Shown here: piece by piece, positions 1 to 14,300 of the stretch
Position numbering within the stretch: the first letter of the stretch is position 1
Layout: the number at the start of each line of letters is the position of its first letter
Source: Raillietiella orientalis
Taxonomy: Eukaryota
Assembly (NCBI GenBank): GCA_036172245.1
Contig: JAYWIR010000014.1
Span: forward strand, 4,216,001 to 4,280,000
DNA: 64,000 nucleotides
Direction of reading: 5' to 3'
Made by a program: the position numbers and the translations under genes
The notes under the pieces: generated by a model
What the model saw: the letters and a program-made list of their open reading frames with translations, nothing else
What the model was told of the DNA's origin: nothing
Databases searched by the model: none

Positions 1-3000
1 ATCTGTGGTCGCAGTCGCGCTCTGCAGCTTCCGTGTATTTTTAGACTCGACGATTGTAGACGTCGATCGGATAGCAGTGCTGTGCAGCTTCTGAGTTATC
101 GGCCCAGCGTGGCGGAAAAGGAAGGGGCCAAACGCTGACGAGGTAGCTGAGAGCTATTGCCTTCCACGCTGTATACACGCGGAACGATTTTCGTCCGCAC
201 GCCGACTCTCCCTTTATCTTTGCTCGGCATTACGAACCCGCGTCGGGGTGGAGAAAAATCTGCTCCTGCAGCCGCTGCTGGCTCTGTCCGGTTCTCGAAT
301 TTCTTCCGTGTTTCCCGAACGGCACGCTGAGAAAACACGGGGGCTCATGAGTCACGAGGGTTTCTCCTCAGCTCCCACCACGGGGGCACCGGAAACTCGC
401 TGCTTGCTGCTCATCTTGTCCTCTGACCCGGAATTTGTCGTCATTGCGCGCTCTGGTCATGCTAAACTCACACCATCCTCTTCTTTGTGTGTTCTGCCAC
501 CGAGCAAAGGAGCTGGGTCCAGGGTCGCCGTCTTCGGGTCGTGTCTCAGGCTCCCGGCTACCACTTGTGCTCGCGCCGACCCCGGTGCTCTGCGAACGGA
601 ACGGCTGCATGCGGTCTCCTTGCTTTGCCGCGCTTCTTGCAGCGCCCTTGCCGAGGTCTCGTGCGGGCAGTACCCATCCCTTCTCGGCTTTCGCTCGGAA
701 GCAGCGGGACTGGAAAGGGAAGCCTCCAGTCACCTCTCGGATTTGGGTGACTGGAGGCCGCTTTCCCTACGTCACTTCCCCCCGATCGGGAGGATCAGAT
801 GAAGGTGGAGCTCTGCACGCAGGAATTCAGAGAAATCGTTGAGGACTTCCTCGAGCACCAAGGGCTTTCCTCGTATCGGACCCGCACCGTTCCTTGCAGC
901 CATCAGCTGCAGCTTCCGAGTTACACTGTGAACCTGCTTGAGAGAGCTTTATGGTCGTCCTGCCCGAGGGCCGATGCTTTGCCACTCGAAGACGAGGTGT
1001 GCCTCGCCCTGGCCGTGAGCTCCAGCTCAGTACAGGCCGCCCCCCTTTCCGTACAAGGGAAGACAGCTGCTCATCGGGAAGAGCCAAGAGCTTGCAAAGG
1101 TCGGAAGGGAAAGGGGAACAGTCAGGAAGAGCAAAAGCAGGCACAATGCAGTGGACAATCCACGCTCTCGCTTTCATTCCACAGCATCCCTTCATCGCGT
1201 GCCGCGTTCCCACTTGACAGAATGAGGATTTATGGAGTTTGTCCCCTCTTAACGAGGTCGGATCTCTCTCCGCGCATTTGCGAGGCGCGGGAGACTCCGC
1301 CGCGGACATCCGCGCCATGCACTCGTATTTTGCCCTCTGACCCCGGGAAAACTGAACCATCATGGGGTCACAGGCGAGCAACCCATCAGAAAAAAGTTAG
1401 GAACTCCTCCGGATGGATTGAGTTCGCCGTGCTGAGGCGTCGGAGCCGAGAGGAAGCTTTCCGGGAGCGAAATTGTAGTCCGGTCGTCCTTCCGCGTGTG
1501 ACTCGTGAAGAGACTGCGACCAACCGAAGGCTCAGCGCTGTCGGTGCTTTTGCGGAGTCGGCAAAAATGAGCTCGCACTCTCGCACTCAGAAAGATAAAT
1601 AATTCATGAGAAGATGCACGCTGAGCAACGGAAAACTCGAGTTCCTCGTCCCTGCTCTCTGCTTAAGGCATAATAAAATTCCTATTGCTTCCTACATCTT
1701 TGATGAGGTCATCAAAGTCCACCAAAGAGGTGGACTTTGATGAGGAAAGCTGTGGGTACTTCCCCCCGCTTTGCTTTACAACGGCTCTCCAGGATTCGCC
1801 GAAGAGCGCTCTTGGCGTAACAGACAGGTAGGCCTTCTCTCATCATTGCGTTCTTGAAGTTTTTATGACACTCGCATGACCTGCAGTGGTCTCGTGCTTG
1901 CTATTTATTTAGGCCTGCTCACCTCTCTTTTTTCAGCGCCTTTTTGAGAGGCTGCTTTTGCGTTGGCGAATGAAGCAGTTCCGTTTGCTCGCCTCTCCTC
2001 AACAACTCCCATCTGGAGAGGGCGTTGAAGGTTCCTGCAGCTCTGCGTTCGCGAAGAGCGCTATGGCGATCTTAGATCCGAAGCTTGACCCATCTGAAAA
2101 CTCCATTCCCTTCCGATCTTACTCACCCGATAGGTCTTCCGAAAACGTATCATTCTGATGCTGTGAGAAAGATATAATTGCGTAGCTAATGCATCCACAA
2201 TACAGTTTTCTCTCTGACTTTCTTGCTCTGCTCCTTCTAGCGAAGAAATTTCCCCTCACCTCCAGAAGCATCTGCTGGCGCGATCACGGTCATTACAGCT
2301 ACCTAAAGACCTTTTGGAAAATGTTGACCTTTTTCCCTCCCGTTCCGCATCCGTGATGTGGGAAACTGGTTTCCTGATATCGCTGTTCGTTTCTTTTCGA
2401 ATTCTCTTTCCTTCTGGTGAGATTCAAGTGATGCCAAAGTGGCATTCTCTTTCATTTCACCGACTAGAAATTCATGATTTAGTAAGTGAATCCTTTCCTG
2501 GTTCACATCACACGGTCTAAATGACTCTGTCGAAGCGAGCTGTTCCGTGAGTTCCCGCCACGCGATCTCCTTAGCCAGAATGAGCTAACGGGAATGCGGT
2601 CTTTAAAGGATCCGTTTGACAGAGGAATCTCCGAGGACGCGATTATTCGTTTCCTTGAGGGAAGTGTGGCAGTGGTGACGAAATCTGGTATGCACGATCG
2701 GCGAGGTTTCGTGGAGGAAAGGACCACTTTATTCCCCCTCGCTGTCACGACGTGGGCAAATCTGCGTAGCGTTTCGTTATGGACAACAGGGGGCAGAAGA
2801 TCCAGTCGAATGGATTCCGGATCGCGGGTCGGCGGAAATGATGTCTTTTTTCTTTGATGCTCGAGATCTTCCACCTGCGGTGGCCGCTTTAAGCTCTTCC
2901 TTCTCCTACAAGGTCGAGCAGGTCTCAGGTTTTAAGTCCATGAGCGCCGCTGCTCAAGCCTGCTAGCAGCATCCAACTGCCATTCGTCTCCTTCCTCGCT

Positions 3001-3131
3001 CAGCTGCAGCTCTTCTCAGTGCCACGTGGTTCCAAACAGTGAGAGCACGTGGAAAGCTTCCCACTCACGCAGAAACTCTCTGCAGCTCCACACTGAAGCA
3101 GAAAAACTTTTGCTTTCAGAACATTCATGGC

Positions 3132-3247
3132 ATGGAGAGTGGAACAGAGTGCAACCTGCGCCCTCACAGGGAGATGGCTCAGCTGACCATCAAAGAGAAA
3201 AAATTCCTTTTGGCTGTTGAAAGAGGAGACGTGGCAACAGTTTGCAG
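3132..3247 (+). CDS. Trpgamma: TRP-gamma coding exon 1 (MESGTECNLRPHREMAQLTIKEKKFLLAVERGDVATVCR)
   Basis: ATG at 3132 and donor AG|gtactg at 3248. An in-frame acceptor (ctttcag|3120) lies 12 nt upstream, so an upstream exon and a longer N-terminus are possible. Confidence 0.85.
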
Positions 3248-4219
3248 GTACTGAGAATGTGTCAAAGAGCATTTTCGTTCCTTGTGAATGACATGTGACG
3301 CATGTAAGCGCCTTTGCCATTGCGCACGTGTGTCTTTTGGGAAAAGTCTCTTTGGACTTGACGTTTCCTCGCACCAGTCGTAGAGCTGCAGTTTCAAAGG
3401 GAGATTCTTATTGCGTTGGAAACGAAAATGCAATGTCCAGCTTGTGGCATCCCCTGTTCCTCTTCTATCTCTGTCAGCGGCACCTGTCTTATTCGTTTTT
3501 CCCAATCTCCAGCATATCAAACTAGCAGCGAGCTAATGATAGGGCAAGATGGCTGACGATTTATGATTAAATGACCGCCGCTGATGACACTTTCAACAGA
3601 AGAAAGTCTTCTTTCCATGGATTTGAAATCGTTTTCATGATGAGAACGGGTGGGCACTTAGCTTTGATCGATGAGGTCCTTTCGTAGAGAAGAGCAAAAC
3701 ACGAATTTAGGGGTGCATGTTGGGTTCCAGTTCCAGCCCCGCCCCTCTTACAGTCAGGAGTAAGTGAGGAGGAATCCTGGAAGTTCGTACAGCTCTGCAC
3801 AAGAAACAGTTTTCGCAAGCAAGGTCTAAGGTATGATTTCAGCTGCTCCAGGATGAAACAGAATGCTGGACCAAAATTCGAACTCTCTCCCTTCTGTCTA
3901 TCTTGCTTTGAGGGACATGGATTCTGGATCCTACAGTTTAGTTCTACCCTCCCTTTCTATACAGCGTGATTCTCCTTCCTTCGTAACTGATTGGTGTATT
4001 TCCGTTAGCGCCTTTCTTTTCCTTTTCACCCGTGTCATGTACGATAGTGTGCACGTCTCGTGCCACTGCATCCCGAGTTACACCCTCAGCTTTCTCATTT
4101 GATGTCTGAATGATGCCGCAAATCAGGCGCGATTTGATATGGGGATGAATTGCAACTTCCGACAAACGATCCTCCTTCCTGTGTGGGACTCTTATCTTTT
4201 CGTTTTGTCTCACGCTCAG

Positions 4220-4454
4220 GATGTTGAAGAACTGTGATACGAAGCACTTCGACATAAACTGCGTGGATCCACTCGGCAGGTCTGCTTTGCTGATGGCTAT
4301 AGACAATGAAAACCTGGAAATGATCGAACTTCTCTTGGAATACAAGGTCGAAACCAAGGATGCTCTTCTTCATGCCATCAACGAACAATATGTTGAAGCG
4401 GTGGAAGTGCTTCTCGATCACGAGGAGTCGATCCACAAACCGGGAGAACCTCAC
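4220..4454 (+). CDS. Trpgamma: exon 2, ankyrin repeats ([23 protein letters not shown]...)
   Basis: ctcag|G acceptor completes an Arg codon; donor CAC|gtaagc. Confidence 0.97.
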
Positions 4455-7400
4455 GTAAGCATAGCCTAATTACCTTTCCCTTCCCTTCGAAAGAAGGAAA
4501 GAAGAAAAGAAATAGGAAAAACTAGAGCTCCGCATTAGCATTTTCTTAAAAAAAAATTTAACTCTTGATGATCCCTTCGTTGATGTTGACGGAAACTCAC
4601 AGTTCATTCACTTAGCCTTCCGGTCCTCTGTCTCCACGTCTTCTCGGGGAGATTCTTTCATTCTCCGCGCGTACTTCAGCTGTACTTCAATTGAATTTGA
4701 ATCCGAATGTGCTAGCCTCATTCCGGTTACGTGGATCATTATGGTTGTTCGGAAGGATGCTGTGAGGTACCTCTCTCAAGGGAAACTGTTGCTAGCATCT
4801 CTGATTTTTAAAGTTCCCTCTTCAAGGGATTTGCGAGCGAACTGATGTGACTTGCTCTGTATCGCGTGAGAGCGTCTTCCTGCTCCCACGATCCGAACGG
4901 CGGAATACTCGAATATCTCTATTGCTCCGCCGAATCCCTCTCCCAGCATCTCACTCGGCTGGGACGAAACGAATGCGATTAGGTGCGTCCTTTCCGTCCT
5001 GTTTCTTCACTCGAGCGTCTTCAGGAGAATAAACCCTACGATGGGGCAGCAAAGAATGACTTCGAGGTTGTCCAGGTTTTGGATGTTGACTTAGACCTTC
5101 TCGAATTTTCTACTGGAGCTCAAGGAATGCGCCAATGGAGGAATTTGATTGGAAATTGAACTCATCGGAAATTCGGCAGATGAATTGCGAGATTAAACGT
5201 GGGCTCAAATGAGTTATCATTTATAAGAATGACCGGCTGCAACCATCGCAAAGAGCCTGGATGGTGGACGCTTGTACCTCGCGCATCTGCTTGTATTCCT
5301 TTTCTTCTTACCATCTGATTTTATTTTCATCCTTGCACTGCTCTCGTAGTCGGAGTAGGAGCTGCTGAGAAGTTGACGGCACCGAGACTCTCGTGACAGC
5401 CCTTTAGGTAGATCGGTACGAAGATGCATCGATGCTAAAAGGAAGATCTATGCTGTGCATCCAGCTTACGAGATGCATTCAATTTTTATTATCTCTTTAT
5501 ACACTCTCTTTAGTACCTGCAAGAACGATCCAAGGTTTAGTTGCGTTTTGCTCCCTTGGGTTTTTTGTTTTTGTTGTTGATGACGCATTTCGCACCCTCG
5601 CACAACTTCCTTCTGCTTTGCTGTCAGCAGTGCAGAATACTTTCTTCGAAAATGTACGCGCAGAGGATGCTTTGGGGCATAGATGCAGTTGGTGGGCAGC
5701 CAGCTGAAGTAGGGAACACGTGCAGGCAAGTGGACCAGCTTGAGGGAGCAAGAGAGCTCAAGATCTTCACCTTGATTCCCGGGTTCTTGCATGCTCACCA
5801 CCTCGAAGGCGTCTTCAGGAATCTCTCGTGAACCACAAGGAAACGCCGTTTCTCCAGCGGACGTGAACGAGTGGAGCTTCGCACTGAATCGCTGGGGATG
5901 CGCATCAACCCTCCATTCTTTATTCCCATGGCAAGGAAAAATCCACCCCACCCCTGCGGCGCTCTGCTGAGGACCTTTGCAGTAGGAAACGCTTTTGTTT
6001 TATTCATTTCCGCTCTTGGAAACTGCGCTTCCTATTTCGCAGGAAACCGTCACAGCTTTCAAGAATCCGGAGGAGGAAATGCAAACGCGGGATGTGACAA
6101 GCTGCTAGGCAAATGGTGTTCGAAAGCGATTTAGGGAGCTCTCGTGGACCCTGAGCCGAAAATACGGGAACTTTCCTCTGCCTACGCCGCGGGGATTAAT
6201 CATATCCCTTGGCGAGCGTTTCCAGCCGATCAAACGGTATTCTTCGAACGAGGACCTTCAACTACTTTCGGTTACTTCAGAGATTAATAAGGACGTCATA
6301 GAAAAAGTACTTGGCTCGGAGTGGCAAGAGGAAGACGCTTCCTTTCGTATCCCAGTCGAAACGACTCGCTGAGGAGTCTTTGAGCCGCGTGCGCTCTTCC
6401 AATTGGAGGAACAATAGAACATCAACACGAGAAGAAAGAAAAGCAGCGCGAGGATGATGCAGCAGGCCACCGTTTGCATGCCGACAGGTGGAGGAGAATT
6501 TTCCAGGCGAAGAAGGCAACGCTACTCTTCATAGATTTTCAAATCCCATCTTCCAGATTAAATTTCGGCTTCTAAAGTTCAGGTTGAAGGCTTGACATTT
6601 CCTATATCCCTTGCAAATCCTCCGAGAAGAGTTCTTTCCCTTCTTTCAAGCCAGCTTACCCCGTTCCCTAGTTTCTCCTTGCACAGAACTCATTTCTTCC
6701 GCGCCAAGAGAAAAGCATTCATGGGAACGAAGCATTAAATAGAATGGTCCGGAGCGAAACACTTGCAAGAAACTCGTAATCTGGATGCTCAGCCTGAAGC
6801 ACATCTGCTTCCCGATCTACCTAAAGGGTCATCACGTTGGTGTCGGCTCTCTGGCAGCGCACACCCCGGGTAAGAGACTGGTGCGAAAGACTCCGGAGGC
6901 AAATCTCAAAGCAAATCATCGTAGCGTTTCCTTTGGCTGAACGCAACCTATTGGGGACCTCAGAGTCCTTCTCGTGGCAACAAACATAAGAAAATAGCAA
7001 AAACGAATTTACGGAAGACGCTTTGAATGCCCCTAGAACTGAGTTTTCATGATGAGACATCAAGTAAATGGTAAATAGACAGATCAGAAACAGAATGGCC
7101 ATTCCCTTTCTGTCTCGGAGATGAGGTTTGAGATGGTTCATGGTCAAGACCTGGAAGGAGACCTCCTCTGCCATGGCTCTGCTGAGGTCTCTGTTCCCCA
7201 ACTCAGAGCCTAGCCGATCATGCAGTCGTAATGGTCGCATCCCTTTGGATCTTTTAGCCGTTCCTTGGCTAAAATATACCTAAACCGGCATTCGAATCTT
7301 CCGTAATAACTTGAGTTTAGGAATTCGGTGTCTGCTTGTATCTGCTCACCTTCCTTCTTTTCTTTCATCTACAAGAACAAACTTCTTCAAGTCGTTTACA

Positions 7401-8222
7401 GTAGAAGAGAATTCCTCGAGCTCTCCTGAGCGTAACTTTCACCAGCGTTTGTCTGACGCTTGCAGTGGGACGAAAGAAACAGAATCCCGTATGAAGCTTC
7501 CTGATTAGAAGTCCCTTTCTGTGCCTATGCATGGCTTATGCCAAGTTAGTAGACCTGGACCTGATCTGATCAGTAGATTCTTCTTTTGTTCGTGTACAAA
7601 ATCCTTTGGAGCTCCTTGCAAGAACTGGCTTCTCAAAACGAGAGAGGAAAGCAGCCTCTCCTTCCGCTTCCGGAATAGCGAGGTGGCTCTGAGGAAGGAG
7701 TTTCCGTCCGTTGCCAGACGTGGAGATGGAAACACGTTTCTCCTTAGGGAGGATTTACTGCACAAGATTTGTGCTTGGAGAATTCTTCAAGCACAAATCC
7801 TAGAAATGGACAAGTCGGCAAAGGTCTGGGAGAACGCAAGGCCAATTTCGAGCAGACAGAATTCAAGAGGGTTTTCCTGGAACCAGTGAAACGTGCCGAA
7901 AACTCATCTGCCCGTTTCGAAAAAGCCTTTTCTGGAGGATCTTGACTAACCCCCCCACCTTCGTAACCTCCAGAAAATGTAACAGATGCGTGGTTACACC
8001 AACTCAGATCATATCGCCATTTATTGGCTCATATCGTTCATCTGTAGCGAGAGAACACAACTGTCTGTGCTTTTGCTTTACCGATCCTACCCGAGTACCG
8101 GAAAGGAAAGCATCTTGTTCTGCTTGCGCTGCAAACCAGAAAGCATCTGGAAGTATCTGAAAATGACCCTCTTATTGTAAATCTTATGATGGGTGGCAAC
8201 CGGTAACGTGATGGTTTTTCAG

Positions 8223-8365
8223 AGCTGGGAAGCACTACCTCCAAACACGGGTTCGTTCACTCCAGACATTACCCCTCTCATACTAGCCGCTCACAGAGAC
8301 AACTACGAAATAGTGAAAATTCTTCTGGATAGAGGAGCTATCCTGCCGATCCCGCATGATGTCAG
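8223..8365 (+). CDS. Trpgamma: exon 3, ankyrin repeat (FTPDITPLILAAHRDNYEIVKILLDRG...PHDVR)
   Basis: ttttcag| acceptor; AG|gttagt donor, phase 2. Confidence 0.97.
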
Positions 8366-11300
8366 GTTAGTATTGATGATGTGTATTAATATTTTGGTGT
8401 CCATGGATCCATTTACGAATCAACTGATAGCACGCTCCTGGATCTAACAGAGCTGAGTCTAGCCTTCATCTAGTTGCTATCTACATCGTTATGGAGAGCA
8501 TTCTCCCCTTGAGTGTGAAGGGAGTGGGCTCTGATGTATATTCGATCATTTCCAAATGCAACATTACCGATCCCTCTCTCGTAATTGTACCTTGAGACCT
8601 GTATGGGCAATGATAACCTTCGGGCACCGTATCATCGTATGGTACCGGAAAGATATCGGACAGTCGGATATCTGGGTTTTTGCTACCGTTCTACGAAAGC
8701 CTACGCATCGACGGATGCGATTCCCTTCGGCCAGCATGTTCTGGAACCATAACGAGGCCCACACCTCCGGGAAAAGATGTCTGGTATTCGCTTCACTCGC
8801 CACCAAACATAATCAGCATCACTGTTTACCATTCTTTAAAGAGTCGGCAAGAACTGCGTGCGGACACGTGAACAGCACGCGATTGGTGCGTTCATCACAA
8901 CTCGGTTTGGCTCGCCTCTCCCACCTTACACGCATACAGGAAGCCCGTGTCCTGCACCAGCAAGCCACAGAGCCCTTATCCGAAAGAGCGGAGCGAAAGG
9001 TCCCAAGCCAGATGGTAGCTCGTCATGCAACGCTTGCCCCATCAACTGCCCGTTCACCAATTGCCAGTTACCTCTGCGCATGCCGGGTGTGGGTTAGGGG
9101 TGGTTGCATGTTATCGACTGGGCATAAAGAGAGACTTCTAATCCTTTCTGGAGAAAAAACGACGACCAGAAAAGGGTAACGCACTTCCGCGTCCCCAGCA
9201 CGAAGGGACGGACCGGCGTCGGAGACTCTGGACTTGAGAAGTCGTATGTCCACCAGCAGCAATGTGCATCGTGCGTTAGTGCCAGACCACATGGCTCTTT
9301 ACGAATCGATATTTTGTTATTGCCGCTTGGATCTCCACCGAACAATTCATCATCTTCAGACATTAAGCGTGACGGTGACTGCACATGGAGCGCAGTTTCC
9401 GGATCCCAGCGTCTCCTTTTCGCCACCCTTTTTTTTCCCGATGTGAGCCCGAAGCCCTTGACTGTCGGTTCCCAGACAGGTGAGGGAAGATGTAAAAACG
9501 TCTTCCCAGTTTGCAAATTAGGAAGTTTTCATAAGTGACTTGCGAGTTCGTCGAAGCGACTTTCTTTCGAAGAAACTTCCAAAGGCTCAAAGGCATTCCG
9601 ATACACCTTTTCAGAGTGTTTTTTTTTTCCCTCCCCCCCCGAAGAAAGAGCTACGTCCTTTAAAGACGACTCCTTTAGGTTGTTTCTCTCTCGACTCCTG
9701 CTTGCTTCGGTCTGGAAACGGATGACCTTGTCTCCTATTCCCACAATCAGCCCGTGCATTTTCGTGTGACCTTCCTTCGTTTGCAGACTCATCCCCTAGA
9801 GAGTTGATTTCCGTTGCAAAATCTTTTGTAACATGGATTGTTCAGTCGGTCCTAGTTGAGTACCTCGGATCGAAAGATAGAATCATTGATTCGGAACGTG
9901 ACTTTGGCTCCGAAATCCTGGATGAGATGAGTGTTCGCAGGGTGCAGGTTTCCATGCCCGAGTTCTTCGCGGGGCCTTGGAACGAAGGGGCCGGAGGTCG
10001 GTCGACTGAGAAACCGGCCGATCGAAAGTGGTAGGACTGAGGTTAAAAGGACGACCCCGTTATCCTCAGCTTGAATCCATCAACAGCTGCACTCTGAAAT
10101 AGCTTTGGCGCATTTTCGCAATCTCACAAATGAAGCCGAGTAGTCTCGTTATGTCGACAGCGCCACTTCATTAGAAGAGAACGCCAGACTTTTCCGCTTT
10201 ATGTGCCCACTCGCCTCCAATTAGCTCCCTCTTTCGAGGCTGATTTCTAGATTAATGTCTGGATTAACATTCGTTATCTGAACGCCGAAACGGAAACCTA
10301 CCTGGGACAAGTGGATTAAATTTGTCATTATACTTAGAAGACGAGTGCCCAGGACTCGCTGCATAGATCCGAAGAGACGTTTCCAGAATAATTCTCGAAG
10401 AATGCAAATAGGCAGAGAGTTTGCAGGGAAGCGTTTCTTCGTTTAGATGCACTCCTGTGAGGCTAGCACTGCACCTTAAACCGAGATGAAATTCTGGGTT
10501 TCTAGTTGATGCCCCTGCGGTGGGTGGGTTTCGCCTCCTCAAATCAAAAACTTCGCTCAAACTTATCAGCAACCTGATGTCATAGCAGTTATCTCTGAAA
10601 GTCCTTCTTCCCCGTAGCAATGTGCTGCCTCTCTTCCTCAGACATTCTGTAGGTCTTCGATCAGCCTTCGTTCTCTTGCTGCTTTTGGGATGTTGCTCTT
10701 TTCCGCCGAGTTCGTTTATCGGTAGCCGAGGCACGCAAAGATGTTTGGAAAAATCTTGAAGCACAACTGGATGTACCATCAGTGTAAACCGCAGGAAGGG
10801 AACCAGCGAAAATCTCGGATATTTAGGAAAAAATACAAAAGCCGGAGAGTTTCGATTGGAACCCAATTGCACCTGCTGGAAAGCAATGCTGATGCGATGA
10901 AAAGAGTTCAGGGAAGCAGAGGTCAAGATAGCCCCAGATAAACATGCCATCGGTCTTAAGAAGAAGATTAGCAGCACGGCAAAAACTCTTGGAGGATTCG
11001 AAACTGGGCTGTGATTCTATGCAACTGGCACCCCAACTTACCACAGAACAACTTGAATGTCGTGTGGCAGCTCTTCGTCAGCACCGAAGCTGAAAAGGAT
11101 GAGGCCTTGGCCACGAAGCAATGAAGGGAATACTAAAGAGACGAAAACAAAACAAACAAAGCCTTCGCCATCATCGTGATCAGAGCATCCCGGAACGAGA
11201 AACCGAACAGCTGATGAGAAAGAATTTTGCTCTTCATCGAACTAGCGAAATCTTTCGGGGAAATCGCATTATCCTATCGTGCATTCTTTTTCTTTCTTTT

Positions 11301-14300
11301 TACGTAAGATGAAGGATTTATTGTAATCCTTCCCATATTATAAGGTCATAGGTTACCCTCATGTAGACTTCTTGTCAGTGCCTGAAGAGGGTTTCGTTCT
11401 TCGACTGACTGCATGTTCCTTCCTATTTTATGGAACTCGTCAAGTGAACTCAGGATTGACCACTTTGTGTTCCAACGTACTGATGAGCCAAGCAACCAAG
11501 TCCAGTGATTACTTTTTCTTCAACACGAAAGTCATTTCCCTGAAAAAAAAGGTTCCCATTTATTAGTCCTTTGTAAGTGCTAACCGAAAGGACCTCGTTC
11601 AAGTGTCATTTATGTAAATTTAGGTATAGCACACATGAAATAGGGGAGGTATGTTGCGCACCTTTAAGCAGCAGGATAGAGGAACATTTTTTCCCCAAAG
11701 GAAAGGTTTTCAGATTCATAAAATTCCCGGATATCTTATGCCACTTCCTTCTGTGAAAGTTATTTATTTTTCTACCGGATAATTGGAAAGCTCGGAATTC
11801 CAAGTGGATCCGTTTCGTTCGAGGCTCGCAGTGCTCCCAACTCCATCGGGATGAAGGCAGGAGCGATTCCAACTCGCACAGTTAGGGAGCAGGTCTTTGC
11901 AGCGTAACGGATCGCGTTTATCCAAAATCAGGTTGTGCTCTTGGAAGTTTCCTGACTTCCCAGATACGTCTTCCGCAGCTGATGGCATCACTTCCGAACT
12001 TGTCTCCACAATTCCGACTGTTCAGAGAATCGCAAAAGCGCCAGGCAACTTGGCCAGTAATCAGTCGAATGGAAAAGCCGCTTCGGTTCCCTAACTATAT
12101 CTCCCAACGAATAAATCCGAACACTCCTGAAAATCGGGAAGATGTGCGTGCACCAGGAAAGCCCCGTCCGTACATCAGAATAACCAGCATCACAAAATGG
12201 CATCAATTTGTAGCTCGTCGTCTCGACTGAGTCAATTGCACGTATGCAGAAACTGGTGCCCCACTTTGGGTCAAAAGTCATTTGTATCGAGTCGTGCATC
12301 TTCATTGCATCCAACTGTTGGTTTTCCATTGTTCCCGTTTAGAGATAAGCTTACAGTCATTGGACATCAGCATCTTTGGAACTGTGTTGATCTCATTTTC
12401 TTCTCCGTTTCGGCCGCGTTTTCAAGACCACGCCATACCCCACTGTGAGATAGAGCTGATGTTTGCAGGATGTTTCGAAAACCAAGATGTTTTTTTTTTT
12501 TTTTTTTTATCAAGATAAATAATAAACACAAGAGTGAAGCACATCTTGTTCTACATCAGTTGTGGAACTAAACTAAAATTGCAGCAGCATTTCTGCAAAC
12601 TCGATGATTCAACAGGCAGTAGGCCAATTGAATCATCGAGTTCTATAATGCTCCCTAATCTAACCTATAATGAATTCATATCCCGACAGAACCATTGGAA
12701 AATTTGGCCTGGGTTCTCATCAAGCTCAAAGTTTACTTCCTGCCTTTTCCCATCTCGTGAAGAGGGTACCAAACTGCATCCGCTTTCAAACGGAATTCGA
12801 GGGTTCTATCAGAATTAGGAGAAGGAATTGCGTGTGGTCTCTGCTGCGCTCCGGGACAGAATCTTCTGCAATTTTCAGTGCATTAATCCTCACTTGAAAT
12901 CTGTAGTATTCACAAATCCGGGCTCATGTTCGAGCGAATGTGAATCAAAGATCCCAATGCCAGTAGCTCATGAACATATTCTGTAGAGCAGCTGGAAGAA
13001 TCCCAGGAATCAAGTCAGATTTGCAACAGGGTAAGAGATCATTGTACGATGACGGATGAATCCATATTATATAGTCAGTTGAAAGGATCCAGTCGAATAT
13101 GAGATGCGGTGGAACAGCAGAACAAGGAATGCCCTATCAGCATCGACCCGATTTGAAGTCGATAATTTTCAAAATGATGTTCACAGTAAAGGGTTTATGT
13201 TCCCGTGGATAATTCTTTCCTTGAAAGTGTGAGAGTAAAAGTGGACATTCCTCACCGTGCCGCTAAACCTTCGGATGGATTCTGTCGTGATTTTTACAGT
13301 CGGAAATGACTGGTATCGCTCTTGTCCCCTCAGAGTCCAAGATGGTTCTGAAAAAGTTGAAGCGCTTGTCGTCCTCTAAACTGTCACCCATATTTCTCAA
13401 AATTGTCATAGTAGATGTCACAGTAGTTAAGATGCAACTACTACTGTTAAAGATGGTCATCTCTAGCAATGGTCATCATCCACGGTCCCTGCCTTCTAAG
13501 TATTTATCTACGGAGAACCACCATGGTTCACGCAGTTGCAGGAAAGTTCAGGAAAGGTCAGGATAAAAACTTTCCGATTAAAAAGAATCGCTGGAAGGAA
13601 CATACAAAGAGAGCTTTTGCTTTCAAGTCCTGTTGAGGAAAAATTCCCTTTCTTGTCCTGCTCATGAGCTGAAGCGAAAAGATGAGGAACTCGCCAGAGC
13701 TTTGATGTTGCCAAAAGTTCCTCTCGAAAGGAGGAAGGCCGAAAACGGGTCAGGGTTTGCAGAAGGAAACGGCGGGTCGTCGTATGGGGCGAAATCAAAC
13801 TGAACAACAAGTTTCCACTATTCCAAATAGAACGAAGAGCTAGGTTTTCGTGACAGGATAAGTCGTGTCTGTGAGAGGATTTTCGTCCGGCTGAACTGCC
13901 CGAGAGTCCATGAACAGTCCATGAAAGCACCTCAATGAGAGAAAGCCTGCTCCATGGTAACGCAAGCGCTCACAAGTTGTCCCTAAACATTGCATGAGCG
14001 GTTCTGGAGATATGCAGCTGAACCTGTAGTGCAACCAATACACTTGAAGTCATCAAAGGGAAAAGGAAGGGCGGAGGCGTCTGAACGTCTTCAAGCCAAT
14101 GAAAGGATGAGGAAGCTCGTCGAGTTGGCACTCGCAACGGTATTATCAGGGAATACAACCTAAGGCATCATCGGATGCCTGAGGTTGATGCATCGGATGC
14201 ATCACCGTGTGACGCCGGGGCATTTATTCGAAAGGAACAAACGAGTTGAGAGCGCAGTCCCGACAGATAACAAGCTCAAGTGGAGGATCCACCGATGCGC

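Noticed and set aside
10264..11200. Possible decayed transposase region
   Set aside because: No catalytic motif, terminal repeats or target-site duplication that I can identify.
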